A stretch of DNA of 64,000 nucleotides from Rickettsiales bacterium. Its GTDB lineage: Bacteria > Pseudomonadota > Alphaproteobacteria > Rickettsiales > UBA1997. Shown here piece after piece: positions 20,908 through 29,613 of this stretch. The translations under genes were made by a program, and so were the position numbers. The notes below the pieces were generated by a model. It had not been told where the DNA came from and did no database searches. It saw nothing but the letters and a program-made list of their open reading frames with translations. The stretch spans positions 794 through 64,793 of the forward strand of contig JBDOIV010000013.1 in the NCBI GenBank assembly GCA_047404215.1. The letters are read 5' to 3'. How positions within the stretch are numbered: the first letter of the stretch is position 1; the number at the start of each line of letters is the position of its first letter.

Positions 20908-21363
20908 CTAGAAAGGAATTTCATCATCAATTTCTTCAACCTCAATATTGTTGCTAGAAGCAGCAGGAGCTGAAGAGTTGTTGTAGTTAGAAGGTCCAGA
21001 ATTATTGCCGCCAGAATTCTTAGAATCAATAATTTGCATTGAGGAGTTATAGTTTTGTAAAACTATTTCAGTGGTATATTTGTCTACTCCGTTGCTGTCA
21101 GACCATTTTCTGGTTTGTAATTGCCCTTCAAGATATAGTTTAGTACCTTTTTTAACGTAGTTTTTGATGATGCCAACCAAACCTGAAGAGAATACAACAA
21201 CACGGTGCCATTCAGTTTTTTCTTTTCTTTCGCCGGTGCTTTTGTCTTTCCAGTTTTCTGAAGTTGCAACTGAAAAGTTAGCTATTTCACGTCCGTCACT
21301 GGTTGACCTGATTTCTGGATCTTGTCCTAAGTTTCCTACTAAAATTACTTTATTTACTGACAT
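20908..21363 (-). CDS. ssb: Single-stranded DNA-binding protein
   Basis: SVNKVILVGNLGQDPE, TEWHRVV, C-terminal DDEIPF. Confidence 0.98.
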   Translation of the reverse strand: MSVNKVILVGNLGQDPEIRSTSDGREIANFSVATSENWKDKSTGERKEKTEWHRVVVFSSGLVGIIKNYVKKGTKLYLEGQLQTRKWSDSNGVDKYTTEIVLQNYNSSMQIIDSKNSGGNNSGPSNYNNSSAPAASSNNIEVEEIDDEIPF

Positions 21364-21503
21364 ATTTTTTCAATTTTAAGGGTTTATATCTTTTTGGTAA
21401 ATTAATAACACATTTTACAAATAATTTTTAATTTGAATTTCAAATTTAACTACTGTAACATTGATAATAGCAAAATAAAAATAAAAAACAAGTATTAAAT
21501 TTG

Positions 21504-22835
21504 ATGTCGAATATTCCTGAATATACAGTGTCACAAATTTCATCTTCGATTAAAATGGTGGTTGAAGATGCGTTTGGCTATGTTAAGATAAAAGGCGAAA
21601 TCAGTGGTTTAAAAAAAGCGGCAAGCGGTCATGTTTATTTTAATTTGAAGGATGAAAATGCGCTGATGAATGCGGTTTGTTTTCGCAATTCATTTGCTAA
21701 CGTTGAATTTGACGCTGAGGATGGGCTTATGGTTAATGCTTATGGTAGAGTTACCACCTATGGCGGCAGATCTTCATACCAAATTATCATTGAAAAGCTT
21801 GAGTTATCTGGTGCGGGAGCTATTATGCAGATGCTTGAAAAGCGCAAAGAAAAATTGGCAAAAGAGGGTTTGTTTGATGAAAATCGTAAGATGGAGTTGC
21901 CATTTTTCCCTACCAGAATCGGAGTTATAAGTTCGCAAACAGGTGCTGTGATCCAAGATATAATAAATAGGGTTGAGGCAAGGTCACCTTCGCATATTAT
22001 GCTGTATTCTTCGTCCGTTCAGGGTAAAGAGGCGGCTAATGAAGTGATGTCGGGATTGAAATATTTTGCAGGTTTGGAAGAGCCTGAAAGGCCGCAAGTT
22101 GTGATAATTGCTCGAGGAGGCGGCTCTGTTGAGGATTTGTTGCCATTTAGTGAAGAGTTGTTGGTGAGAATGGTTTATGATTATGAAATTCCTGTGATTA
22201 GCGCCATTGGCCACGAAACTGATTTTTCTTTGCTGGACTTTGTGGCTGATGTTAGGGCGGCAACCCCAACTGCAGCAGCAGAGATGGCAACAATAGTTCT
22301 TGAGGAAATGAAATCCGATCTAGCGAGCTTACGTGAAAAAATTAATAACAGAATAGCTAATAATTTTGAACAAAAGACAGATAGCTATAACCGTTTATCA
22401 AAAATGGTTAAAAGTCCGGCGCAAATTCTACAGAATATGGAGCAAAAAAGCGAGCTTCTACTTAAAAACATCGAGAATTTAATCAAGAGTGGCTGGAAAA
22501 ATAAGGTTAAAATATTTGCTGGTTTAAAAATTGATCAAAATCAGATTATTAACAACATCAATAGTAAAAGGCAACAAGTCTTGTCCTGTCAAGAGATGAT
22601 GAATGTTAAAATTAACAATCTTTTGCAACAAAAAACGGACAGGCTGAGTGCGACGTCGCAATTATTGAAGTCAAACAGCCACCTTGAAGTATTAAAAAGA
22701 GGTTTTGCTATTATTCAAGATGATAAGGGGCGGTTGATAAGAGGTGTTGGAGCTCTGGAGTTGGGACAGGGCATTGCTGTGCTTACAGATAGTGGTGAAT
22801 TAGAGGTTGCGGTAACTAAAATTGTAAAGAAATGA
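21504..22835 (+). CDS. xseA: Exodeoxyribonuclease VII large subunit
   Basis: SGHVYFNLKD, ARGGGSVEDL, SAIGHETD, TPTAAAE. Confidence 0.96.
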   Translation: MSNIPEYTVSQISSSIKMVVEDAFGYVKIKGEISGLKKAASGHVYFNLKDENALMNAVCFRNSFANVEFDAEDGLMVNAYGRVTTYGGRSSYQIIIEKLELSGAGAIMQMLEKRKEKLAKEGLFDENRKMELPFFPTRIGVISSQTGAVIQDIINRVEARSPSHIMLYSSSVQGKEAANEVMSGLKYFAGLEEPERPQVVIIARGGGSVEDLLPFSEELLVRMVYDYEIPVISAIGHETDFSLLDFVADVRAATPTAAAEMATIVLEEMKSDLASLREKINNRIANNFEQKTDSYNRLSKMVKSPAQILQNMEQKSELLLKNIENLIKSGWKNKVKIFAGLKIDQNQIINNINSKRQQVLSCQEMMNVKINNLLQQKTDRLSATSQLLKSNSHLEVLKRGFAIIQDDKGRLIRGVGALELGQGIAVLTDSGELEVAVTKIVKK

Positions 22836-23827
22836 ATATTAAAACTCCACAATTTTGGCGAAACGTGAGCTTGATATCGCTATTGTTGCTGCCTTTGAGT
22901 TTGGCTTATTATATAGCTTTTAAATTGATGGGTTTTTTAAGAAAAAGAAGTCAGTATGTTTCAAAATTAAAAATTGTATGTATTGGGAATTTGATAGCTG
23001 GTGGAGCTGGCAAAACTCCTGTTGCGTTGACTTTAGGTAGGTTGCTAAAGCAGCAAGGGGTGAATTTTGCATTCTTAAGTTCGGGATATAAGGGTAAGGG
23101 TGATGATTTTATTGAGGTTACTAACGAGGTCGAGGCAAAAAAAGCGGGGGATGAGCCAATTTTGCTGAGTGAGGTTGCTCCGACTTATGTTGCAAAAAAT
23201 AGAGTAGAGGGTGTTAAGAGACTTGAGGCAATGGGATATGAATTGCTAATACTTGACGACGGTCTGCAAAATAAGTCTTTGTATAAAGATTATAAAATTG
23301 TTGTAATTGATGGTAAAATTCAATTTGGTAATGGCTTGATTTTTCCATCGGGACCTTTGAGACAGACTGTTAAAAGTGGCTTGAATGGTGTTGATCAAGT
23401 GATTGTGATTGGTGGTAGCGGTGATAAGCTGCGCAGCAAAATAGAGCAAAAAATGCCTCTAGGAAACATTAGGAAAGCAAAAATCCAAGCTTTAAACTAT
23501 AATAAATATAAGAACAAAAAAATTCTTGCCTTTTGTGGCATCGCTTATCCAGAGAAGTTTTTTAATTTTATTGCTGACGAGGGTCTTGAAGTTGTTGCCA
23601 CAAAGTCTTTTTCCGATCATTATGAATATAATGAGACGGACATGGAAGGCTTAATGGCCATGTCTAAGAGGAGGGGGGCTGTTTTGCTGACGACAAAAAA
23701 GGACTGGGTTAGGCTTGATAAAAAACTTCGGGCTGCTATTGATTTTTTAGATATTGACCTTATGATAGAAGGTGGTGAAGATATCATCTTAAGCATTAAA
23801 GAGTTGTTGAATGAAAAAAATATTTAA
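22832..23827 (+). CDS. lpxK: Tetraacyldisaccharide 4'-kinase
   Basis: GNLIAGGAGKTP, GDEP, LDDGLQ, GPLR, TTKKD. Confidence 0.95.
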   Translation: MNIKTPQFWRNVSLISLLLLPLSLAYYIAFKLMGFLRKRSQYVSKLKIVCIGNLIAGGAGKTPVALTLGRLLKQQGVNFAFLSSGYKGKGDDFIEVTNEVEAKKAGDEPILLSEVAPTYVAKNRVEGVKRLEAMGYELLILDDGLQNKSLYKDYKIVVIDGKIQFGNGLIFPSGPLRQTVKSGLNGVDQVIVIGGSGDKLRSKIEQKMPLGNIRKAKIQALNYNKYKNKKILAFCGIAYPEKFFNFIADEGLEVVATKSFSDHYEYNETDMEGLMAMSKRRGAVLLTTKKDWVRLDKKLRAAIDFLDIDLMIEGGEDIILSIKELLNEKNI

Positions 23828-24704
23828 AAAGACGCTTAGAAATATAATTTATTTTATTGAGCTGGCTTTAATTGTAGTAATGTTAGGTATATTTAGGGTT
23901 GTGGGTATCGCCTGCGCATCATATATGGCGGGAGCCTTGACAAGAGTGGTGGGCAAAAAGCATAAATCTCACAAAACTGCTTATAAGAATATTAGAGAGG
24001 CAATGCCAGAAATAAAAGAGCAAGAGGTTTATCGATTACTTGATCGCTTGTGGATGAATTTGGGAAGGGTTATCGGTGAGTATATTTTCATCTGTCGCAT
24101 GGGCAAAAAGCAGCTAGAAAAAAGAATGGAGATCGACAAAAAGAGCATGGATAATATAAAAAAAATGGTTGATAGCAAAAAAGGAGGCATAATATTTTCC
24201 GGACATATAGGTAATTGGGAGGTTGGACTTAGATATTTGATGCTTTGTGGAGTAAAATTAAATGTCTTATATAGACCTTTGAATAATAGATATGCTGATT
24301 GGGTGATGTGCGTTATAAGAGAGTTTGATCCGATACCAAAAAGCGGGGAAGGGGTGAGAGAGGTTGTTAATATGGTTAAAAGAGGCGAATATGTGGTTAT
24401 TTTAGCTGATCAAAAAGTTACTGACGGTGAGTCGGTGAAGTTCTTTCATAAAGAGGCGGTGACTACAACTTCAATAGCTAGAATTGCTTTAAAATATGGC
24501 GTAGATATTGTTCCGGCCATAAGCCATAGAAAGAAGGGTGTAGATTTTAAATTTGAAGTTGAGGATCCTATAGATTTAAAAGAGATGAGCAAAAATTCAG
24601 AAGATGTGATAAAGGTTACTGAAAAAATTAATCAAACCCTAGAGCGCTGGATCAGAAGAGTTCCTGATCAGTGGTTTTGGGTGCATAACCGTTGGAAAAA
24701 GTAA
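23811..24704 (+). CDS. lpxL: Lipid A lauroyl/myristoyl acyltransferase (LpxL/HtrB family)
   Basis: HIGNWE, LADQK, PDQWFWVHNRWK. Confidence 0.9.
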   Translation: MKKIFKKTLRNIIYFIELALIVVMLGIFRVVGIACASYMAGALTRVVGKKHKSHKTAYKNIREAMPEIKEQEVYRLLDRLWMNLGRVIGEYIFICRMGKKQLEKRMEIDKKSMDNIKKMVDSKKGGIIFSGHIGNWEVGLRYLMLCGVKLNVLYRPLNNRYADWVMCVIREFDPIPKSGEGVREVVNMVKRGEYVVILADQKVTDGESVKFFHKEAVTTTSIARIALKYGVDIVPAISHRKKGVDFKFEVEDPIDLKEMSKNSEDVIKVTEKINQTLERWIRRVPDQWFWVHNRWKK

Positions 24705-24730
24705 CTGTATAACAATAAATTTATGAGCTT

Positions 24731-25291
24731 ATGATTAAGATTATGAAAAAAGCGTCTTTGGCAATGTTGGCTTTATCAATGCTATCATCTTGCGCCCTAA
24801 TGCTTAATGATGAAAAAGCTTCTGTTTATATTAGCTCAAATCCTCCGGGTGCAAGTGTTATAATAGAAGGTAGAAACTACGGTTATACCCCGATTAAATT
24901 AAGCCTGACCCCTAGAAGTTATGACGTTTCTTTGATTAAAGAAGGTTATGGTGTTGGTAATGTTAAATTAGAAGCTTGGCAGGGAATAGAGAGTGGCGCA
25001 GATGGCGGTCGCTGCCTTGCGGACGCGATAGGTGGAATATTTTTAGTGACTTTTTATTCTGCTTTCTATTCAGACAGCTGTAAAATTTTTAAAGAAGAAG
25101 AGTATAGTGTTAATATTCCTTACACTGCTTCAGGTCGCAATAACCAACATTTTAGGCATCAAGATAGCGGAGCGAGTCAGTATCGAGAGCCCTATATCAA
25201 GAAAGATGCTGAAGAATATGGCGGTTCTGAAGAGGGTGATTATATGATCAGGCGTGGTTATGGCAGGTCTCGAAGGCTGCCGGTTTACTAG
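24731..25291 (+). CDS. PEGA-domain lipoprotein
   Basis: Lipobox LSSC; SNPPGASVII...GYTP PEGA pattern. Confidence 0.8.
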   Translation: MIKIMKKASLAMLALSMLSSCALMLNDEKASVYISSNPPGASVIIEGRNYGYTPIKLSLTPRSYDVSLIKEGYGVGNVKLEAWQGIESGADGGRCLADAIGGIFLVTFYSAFYSDSCKIFKEEEYSVNIPYTASGRNNQHFRHQDSGASQYREPYIKKDAEEYGGSEEGDYMIRRGYGRSRRLPVY

Positions 25292-25302
25292 CAAGATGCG
25301 GG

Positions 25303-25995
25303 TTAAATTTTAGATACTATGCCATCGTTAATAACAAGTTGATGCTCTATTTTTTTTGCTAATTCGTTGTTGTGAGTGACGATCAGGCAGGAAAGGTTAT
25401 TATTTTTTGCTAAATCTAGTAGCAGTTCAAACACTATATTTGAGTTTTTTGAGTCAAGGTTTCCAGTCGGCTCGTCGGCTAGTATTAAGGAAGGCTTACC
25501 AACTATTGCTCTACATATGGCCGCTCTTTGTTGCTGGCCTCCGGATAGCTCTGATGGTTTGTGATTAATTCTTGAGCCCATGTCAACCATTTCAAGAATT
25601 GATTTTGATTGCTTGTAAGCAGTGTTTTTGTCGATTCCTTTGATAAGTAGAGATAGGGCTACGTTTTCTAAAGCGGAAAATTCTGGAATTAGGTGGTGGT
25701 ATTGATAAATAAAGCCGATATGTTGTTGTCTGGCCATGGTTCTTGCAGATTCTTTTTGGGAAGAAATCTTTTTGCCACTAATATATATTTCACCAGAGCT
25801 TGGCGAGTCTAAAGTTCCAGCTATCTGTAGTAGGGTTGTTTTGCCAGATCCAGAGGGTCCAGTTAAGCAATAGACTTCGGATTGGTTGATATTGATATTG
25901 ACATTTTGCAAGGCGTGTATTGATTTGGTATGTCTGCTACCAAAAACCTTTGATACATTTTTTAGCTCTAAGATAGAATTGGAAGATTGTGTCAT
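25303..25995 (-). CDS. lolD: Lipoprotein-releasing ABC transporter ATP-binding protein
   Basis: GPSGSGKTT, GFIYQYHHLIPEFSALENV, LSGGQQQR, ADEPTGNLD. Confidence 0.85.
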   Translation of the reverse strand: MTQSSNSILELKNVSKVFGSRHTKSIHALQNVNININQSEVYCLTGPSGSGKTTLLQIAGTLDSPSSGEIYISGKKISSQKESARTMARQQHIGFIYQYHHLIPEFSALENVALSLLIKGIDKNTAYKQSKSILEMVDMGSRINHKPSELSGGQQQRAAICRAIVGKPSLILADEPTGNLDSKNSNIVFELLLDLAKNNNLSCLIVTHNNELAKKIEHQLVINDGIVSKI

Positions 25996-26004
25996 TATAT
26001 TTTA

Positions 26005-27240
26005 TCATTGATTAGCTTCAAAATCATCGTAATCATCTTCCTCGTCATCTTCATCACCCTCCTCATCGTCATCATAATCTTCTTCATCATCGTCAATATT
26101 AACGGATCTACGAATATCTATTTCTTCTGATGATTTTGATCCTTCGAGTTTATCTTTTGAGGTGTTGGCAACTATTTCCTTGGCTTCTTCTAGGTCTATT
26201 TTATATATTGCCGCATATTCTGAAGCTAGTCTTGAAATTGCAGTTTCGTAGATTATCCTTTCGCTGTAGGATCTGTCGCCATCATCTACGTCTCTAGCAA
26301 GATCCCTTAGCACCTCTGCTAAGGCAAAAATATCGCCTGAGTTGATTTTACTCTCATATTCTTGAGCTCTTCTGCTCCACATTCCTTTCATTTTCTTAAT
26401 GCCACTTCGCAGGATGGCAAAAACTTCATCTATTGTTTTCTTGTCAACTATGTGACGTAAGTTGATTTCTTTGGAGTTTTTGATAGGAACTTTTATAGTT
26501 AGACGCTCTTTTTCAAAATATATAAGGTAGCAGCTAAAATCAGAGCCCATGATTTGAAAACTCTCTATTTCAATAATTTTGCCAATGCCATGAGATGGAT
26601 AAACTACAAAATCATTTACTTCGAACTCTAAATTTGAGGGTGTAGAGGGCTTACTGTTGGCTCCTTGCGCGCTTGAGATCTCGCTTTTCTTTTCAACTTC
26701 AAATTTTTCTTTTTGTTTTGATGGGGTGGATTTTTTAGTCGGGGCCTCGGCTTCTTTTTTGACAGCTATTTTTGTTTTGGTGTCTATTTTTTTAACTAAA
26801 GCCTTTTTGTTGGTTATTTTCTTCTTTGTCGTAGTTGTTTTTTTTGCTTTGGCACTGGTTTTGGTAGCTTTCTTAGCGGCAGGCCTTGTTGTTGTTTTCT
26901 TTTTTTTCGTAGATACTGTTTTTTTAGCGACGACCCCCTTCTTTGCCGTAGATGCTTTCTTAGCAGTGGACTTGGTTGTGGCTTTCTTAATAACTGTCTT
27001 TTTCTTTGCTGGGACTACTTCCTTGGCGGCAGACTTTGTTGTAGCCTTTTTCTTAGGGTTTACTTTTTTGGGTACAGCTTTTTTTGTAATTACTGTCTTT
27101 TTTGCCACGGTTGTCTTTTTTGTTTTAGCACCTGTTTTGGTGCTATTCCTGGTGGAAGACTTCACTGCTGTCTTTTTTTTACCGAGGCTTTTTTTGCTTA
27201 TGACCTTAGTCTTTTTGTCGGCAACCTTCTTCTTTGGCAT
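26005..27240 (-). CDS. carD: CarD/CdnL transcription regulator with a long K/T/A-rich N-terminal region and an acidic C-terminal tail
   Basis: FVVYPSHGIG, MWSRRAQEYESKINSGD, SYSER in the core; low-complexity flanks. Confidence 0.9.
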   Translation of the reverse strand: MPKKKVADKKTKVISKKSLGKKKTAVKSSTRNSTKTGAKTKKTTVAKKTVITKKAVPKKVNPKKKATTKSAAKEVVPAKKKTVIKKATTKSTAKKASTAKKGVVAKKTVSTKKKKTTTRPAAKKATKTSAKAKKTTTTKKKITNKKALVKKIDTKTKIAVKKEAEAPTKKSTPSKQKEKFEVEKKSEISSAQGANSKPSTPSNLEFEVNDFVVYPSHGIGKIIEIESFQIMGSDFSCYLIYFEKERLTIKVPIKNSKEINLRHIVDKKTIDEVFAILRSGIKKMKGMWSRRAQEYESKINSGDIFALAEVLRDLARDVDDGDRSYSERIIYETAISRLASEYAAIYKIDLEEAKEIVANTSKDKLEGSKSSEEIDIRRSVNIDDDEEDYDDDEEGDEDDEEDDYDDFEANQ

Positions 27241-27513
27241 AATTATTAATTGTAAATGGTTGATTTTTTTTTATAATAATTTAAACTCTAATTATAAAAT
27301 AATATCTAAAAAGATATTGTAACATATTTGAGGATGCTATGCAAGTAGTTTTTTGATTTTTTTTAATAATATCGCAGAAATTACTTATGCGGGATAATTT
27401 GACACTAATTACTGTCAGATGTGCTAAAAGCTATAAATAATAGCTTTTAATATAGAGCGGGATAGCAATTATATGCTAAAAATAACTGCAAATTAATAAT
27501 ATACTAGTTTTAA

Positions 27514-29007
27514 ATGTTTCGAAAAAAGGGCTTAAATCAAAAGATAATTAAAAATTTCGGCAAACTATATAAGAAAGTTCGTAAAAACTTTACTAAAAAG
27601 TCGAAGTCGCCATTATATCGAATATTCAGGCAGATTCAAAGATCAGCACTAAGGCTGTTAGTGATGACTGTTAGACCGCTTCTTGTCGCGATGGTTAGAG
27701 TGGTCGAGATGAAGTATTTTAGGTCAATAGCTATTGCACTTTTAGTGATATTTATTGCTGCTAATGGGGTATATTTTGTAAAAAGTGCTATTTATCAAAA
27801 TGCAGAAGGTGATCTAAATCAAGCCTCGCCTCATGTGATGAAAATTAGAGTTGTTGAAAAGGGTAAGGTGGTTGATATTGATCAAGTTCAGATCTATGAA
27901 AAGGAGGTTGAAAGTGGCGATACTATATTGGGGTTTTTGTTGGGAATAGGACTTGAAGAAAATGAATCTGTTGACGTTTTGAGATCCCTAAAGAAAGAGC
28001 TTGATCCTAGGGATATCGTAGTCGGTAATAAAATGATTGCTCGATATAAGGCAAAAATTGAATATGACAAGACGGGCTATGTTGCAAAAAAGAAAGTTTT
28101 TCTTGATGAATTTGCAATTGTTAAATCGCCAGAAATAAATTATTTAGTGAAAAAGAGTGGCGATAGCTATATTGCTAAAAGGATTGTTGTTGAGTTGAGT
28201 AAAAAAATAACAATATATAAAGGCGTGGTCAAGGAGGGTCTGTTTGTTGATGCTGCCCAAGCCGGAGCTTCTGCTAATGCAGTAATGAATATGATTGCCC
28301 TTTATGGTTACGATGTTGATTTCCAGCGGGACATTAGAGGCGGCGATGAATTTGAAATCGTGGTTGAGTCTTATCATAACAAAGGTGGAAAGAGGGTAAA
28401 GGACGGTAATATATTGTTTGCTAGATTGGATTTAGCAAATAAAAAAGAAATCGCAATGTATGCTCATAGGATGAAAAATGGCAGCTTGCAATATTTTGAT
28501 AAAAAGGGATATAGTGTTAAAAAATCACTACTCAAGACTCCGATTAATGGAGCCAGGGTATCTTCTGGGTTCGGAATGAGAAGGCATCCGGTCTTGGGTT
28601 ATTCTAAATTACATAAAGGTGTTGACTTCGCCGCTAGAACGGGAACTCCGATATTTGCAGCTGGCGATGGTGTTATTGTGAGAAGGTTGTGGAATGGTGG
28701 TTATGGTAGGTATATTAAAATTAAGCACAACTCAACTTATCAGACAGCCTATGCCCATATGAGTCGTTTTAATAGAAGATTTAAAAGGGGTTCGAGAGTG
28801 AAGCAGGGCGATGTTATAGGATATGTAGGAACTACCGGAAGATCTACCGGTCCACATTTGCACTTTGAGGTAATTCGTAAAGGTAGGGCCATTAACCCGG
28901 CTAAGGTTAAGGCCGTTTCAGGCACTAGGCTAAAAGGTAGAGTTTTGAAAGATTTTAAGAAAACGGTCAATAAAATCGAGAAGCATCGAAAAAGCAAGAA
29001 AGGTTAG
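27514..29007 (+). CDS. M23 family peptidoglycan endopeptidase (MepM-like)
   Basis: TM anchor, HKGVDFAA (HxxxD), YAHM, STGPHLHFE. Confidence 0.92.
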   Translation: MFRKKGLNQKIIKNFGKLYKKVRKNFTKKSKSPLYRIFRQIQRSALRLLVMTVRPLLVAMVRVVEMKYFRSIAIALLVIFIAANGVYFVKSAIYQNAEGDLNQASPHVMKIRVVEKGKVVDIDQVQIYEKEVESGDTILGFLLGIGLEENESVDVLRSLKKELDPRDIVVGNKMIARYKAKIEYDKTGYVAKKKVFLDEFAIVKSPEINYLVKKSGDSYIAKRIVVELSKKITIYKGVVKEGLFVDAAQAGASANAVMNMIALYGYDVDFQRDIRGGDEFEIVVESYHNKGGKRVKDGNILFARLDLANKKEIAMYAHRMKNGSLQYFDKKGYSVKKSLLKTPINGARVSSGFGMRRHPVLGYSKLHKGVDFAARTGTPIFAAGDGVIVRRLWNGGYGRYIKIKHNSTYQTAYAHMSRFNRRFKRGSRVKQGDVIGYVGTTGRSTGPHLHFEVIRKGRAINPAKVKAVSGTRLKGRVLKDFKKTVNKIEKHRKSKKG

Positions 29008-29010
29008 TAT

Positions 29011-29457
29011 ATGAGTGGAGTAAAAATTATTGTTCAAAATAAAAAAGCATATTATAACTTTGCGATCGAAGATGAAATAGAAGCTGGCATAATGCTTGTT
29101 GGTAGCGAGGTTAAATCCTTGCGAGAGGGTAGGGCCAATATCAATGATGCTTACGTAGCTGAAGAAAAAGGTGAGCTATATTTAATTAACGCCATGATTA
29201 GCGAATTTAAAGGGGCTAATCGTTTTAACCATGAGCCGAGAAGGAAAAGAAAGTTGCTTCTTCACAAAAAAGAGATGGACAAAGCTATTGGTAAGATGGC
29301 GGTAAAAGGTTTGTCGTTGGTGGCCTTAAAGCTTTATTTTAAAAACGGTAAAATTAAGGTTTTGCTTGGCATGGCCAAGGGTAAAAAGCTTTATGATAAA
29401 AGGGAGACTTTGAAGAAGAAGGATGAAATGCGACGTGCAGCGCGCGGTGAAGACTAA
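29011..29457 (+). CDS. smpB: SsrA-binding protein
   Basis: NKKAYYNF, EAGIMLVGSEVKSLR, RKLLLHKKE, GKKLYDKR. Confidence 0.97.
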   Translation: MSGVKIIVQNKKAYYNFAIEDEIEAGIMLVGSEVKSLREGRANINDAYVAEEKGELYLINAMISEFKGANRFNHEPRRKRKLLLHKKEMDKAIGKMAVKGLSLVALKLYFKNGKIKVLLGMAKGKKLYDKRETLKKKDEMRRAARGED

Positions 29458-29542
29458 ATTTTGTCGCTAGAGCAAATTTTAGCTGCGAACAGGTAGGTTG
29501 TCTACATGCTCTTCGCTAGAAATTAATCCTAGCAACAAAGTT
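29457..29542. repeat. Palindromic element (copy 1) between smpB and recG
   Basis: Terminal inverted repeats around a central GTAG/CTAC hairpin; collinear with 31859-31943. Confidence 0.75.
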
Positions 29543-29613
29543 AAAATTTGCTTTTAGATTTTGTTAACCGAAAAGTTTACGCCTTAAGACTAAAAAATGT
29601 TTTAATTTCTTGT

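Noticed and set aside
26657-27322. 221-aa hydrophobic ORF on the + strand
   Set aside because: Antisense shadow of the Lys-rich CarD N-terminus (AAA codons read as TTT)
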